The position numbers and the translations under genes were made by a program. Shown piece by piece: positions 63,535 through 64,000 of a DNA stretch of 64,000 nt. The stretch spans positions 16,147 to 80,146 of the forward strand of contig CAVVPT010000010.1 of NCBI GenBank assembly GCA_963750125.1, written 5' to 3'. Below the pieces are notes generated by a model that searched no databases, was not told the origin of the DNA, and worked only from the letters and a program-made list of their open reading frames with translations. Source of the DNA: an uncultured Chloroflexia bacterium. Lineage in GTDB: Bacteria; Chloroflexota; Limnocylindria; Limnocylindrales; CSP1-4. Position 1 is the stretch's first letter. Each line of letters starts with the position of its first letter.

Positions 63535-63771
63535 CTAGGAGGAGTGTTCCTCGATGTAGTCGGCGGCGTCCTGGACGGTGCGGATCTTCTCCGCATCCTC
63601 GTCCGAGATCTCCGTCCCGAACTCCTCCTCGAGGCTCATGATCAACTCAACGAGGTCCAGCGAGTCGGCGTTGAGGTCGTCGACGAACGACGCTTCGGGC
63701 TTGACCTCTTCCTCGTCGACGCCGAGCTGCTCGACGACGATCTTCTTGAGCCGATCGTACGTTGTGGCCAC
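63535..63771 (-). CDS. acpP: Acyl carrier protein
   Basis: GGAGG + GTG start ([18 protein letters not shown]). ..[20 protein letters not shown].. phosphopantetheine attachment site (DSL). Confidence 0.85.
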   Translation of the reverse strand: MATTYDRLKKIVVEQLGVDEEEVKPEASFVDDLNADSLDLVELIMSLEEEFGTEISDEDAEKIRTVQDAADYIEEHSS

Positions 63772-63802
63772 TGACTCCCTCCTCGGAGTTGGGTGGTGGG
63801 GT

Positions 63803-64000
63803 TTACGGTTGGGTCCCGCCGGGCTGTGTTGCGATCTTGCCGAGCACCCCATTCATGAGGCGTCGCATCGGCTCGCCACTGTATATCCGTGCCAACTCGA
63901 CCCACTCGGCGATGGCCACCCGGGCCGGCGTGGCGGAGTGTAGCACCTCGGATATGGCCGTACGGAGCAGTGCGCGGTCCATGCGCGCCAGTCCGACCAC
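63803..64000 (-). CDS. nusB: Transcription antitermination protein NusB (3' part only; the gene continues beyond the window end)
   Basis: C-terminal match ..[45 protein letters not shown], compared with the NusB ..VAINEAIELAK..FVNGVLDK.. consensus. Confidence 0.55.
   Translation of the reverse strand: MVGLARMDRALLRTAISEVLHSATPARVAIAEWVELARIYSGEPMRRLMNGVLGKIATQPGGTQP

Overview
This is a high-GC (~70%), gene-dense chromosomal segment whose gene content and order fit an actinobacterium-like, streamlined genome. From about 10 kb to the end it is nearly all conserved housekeeping genes on the minus strand, in the classic order. Reading from the window end back to about 10 kb, the minus-strand genes run nusB', acpP, rnc, smc, ftsY, ffh, rpsP, khpA, rimM, trmD, rplS, rnhB, yraN, rpsB, tsf, pyrH, frr, uppS, cdsA, dxr, rseP, ispG, two membrane proteins, pspA, nusA, ylxR, infB, rbfA, nrnA, truB, ribF, rpsO, pnp, asd, udg, rnj, ftsK, a RodZ-like gene, cinA/pncC, a murC-like gene, yajQ, a 33-aa membrane peptide, an acetolactate-synthase-like TPP enzyme, and (after two small membrane-protein genes) pgm. 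A + strand MFS transporter lies between ffh and ftsY, and a + strand SAM-methyltransferase lies after the ALS-like gene. The first ~10 kb looks accessory: a TAT-lipoprotein intradiol dioxygenase, a secreted lipase, a membrane-sensor GGDEF-EAL protein, a Pro-Thr-repeat surface protein, an Eis-like GNAT and a rhodanese. I found no rRNA, tRNA, CRISPR array or mobile element. The most unusual features are (1) a PNPase with a complete DEDDh exonuclease domain inserted into its all-alpha domain; (2) a pspA locus preceded by a ~600-aa Ala/Arg-rich amphipathic-repeat membrane protein and a 2-TM membrane protein; (3) an ALS-like TPP enzyme with an acidic Pro-rich N-terminal extension and a hidden 33-aa membrane-peptide gene upstream; (4) two single-base frameshifts in homopolymer-like runs that split rnj and the GGDEF-EAL gene, probably sequencing/assembly indels; (5) a NusA with a basic KPKRASRAKT-repeat tail, a ylxR lacking a canonical start codon, and a RibF with a degenerate kinase domain. 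Many long six-frame ORFs in this DNA are antisense or out-of-frame artefacts and were rejected. Coordinates follow the ORF track; a few spots disagreed by about 1 nt with my line-position reading of the printed sequence, so hairpin and repeat positions are good to a few nt. Start positions are often inferred from internal ATG/GTG/TTG plus a Shine-Dalgarno sequence.
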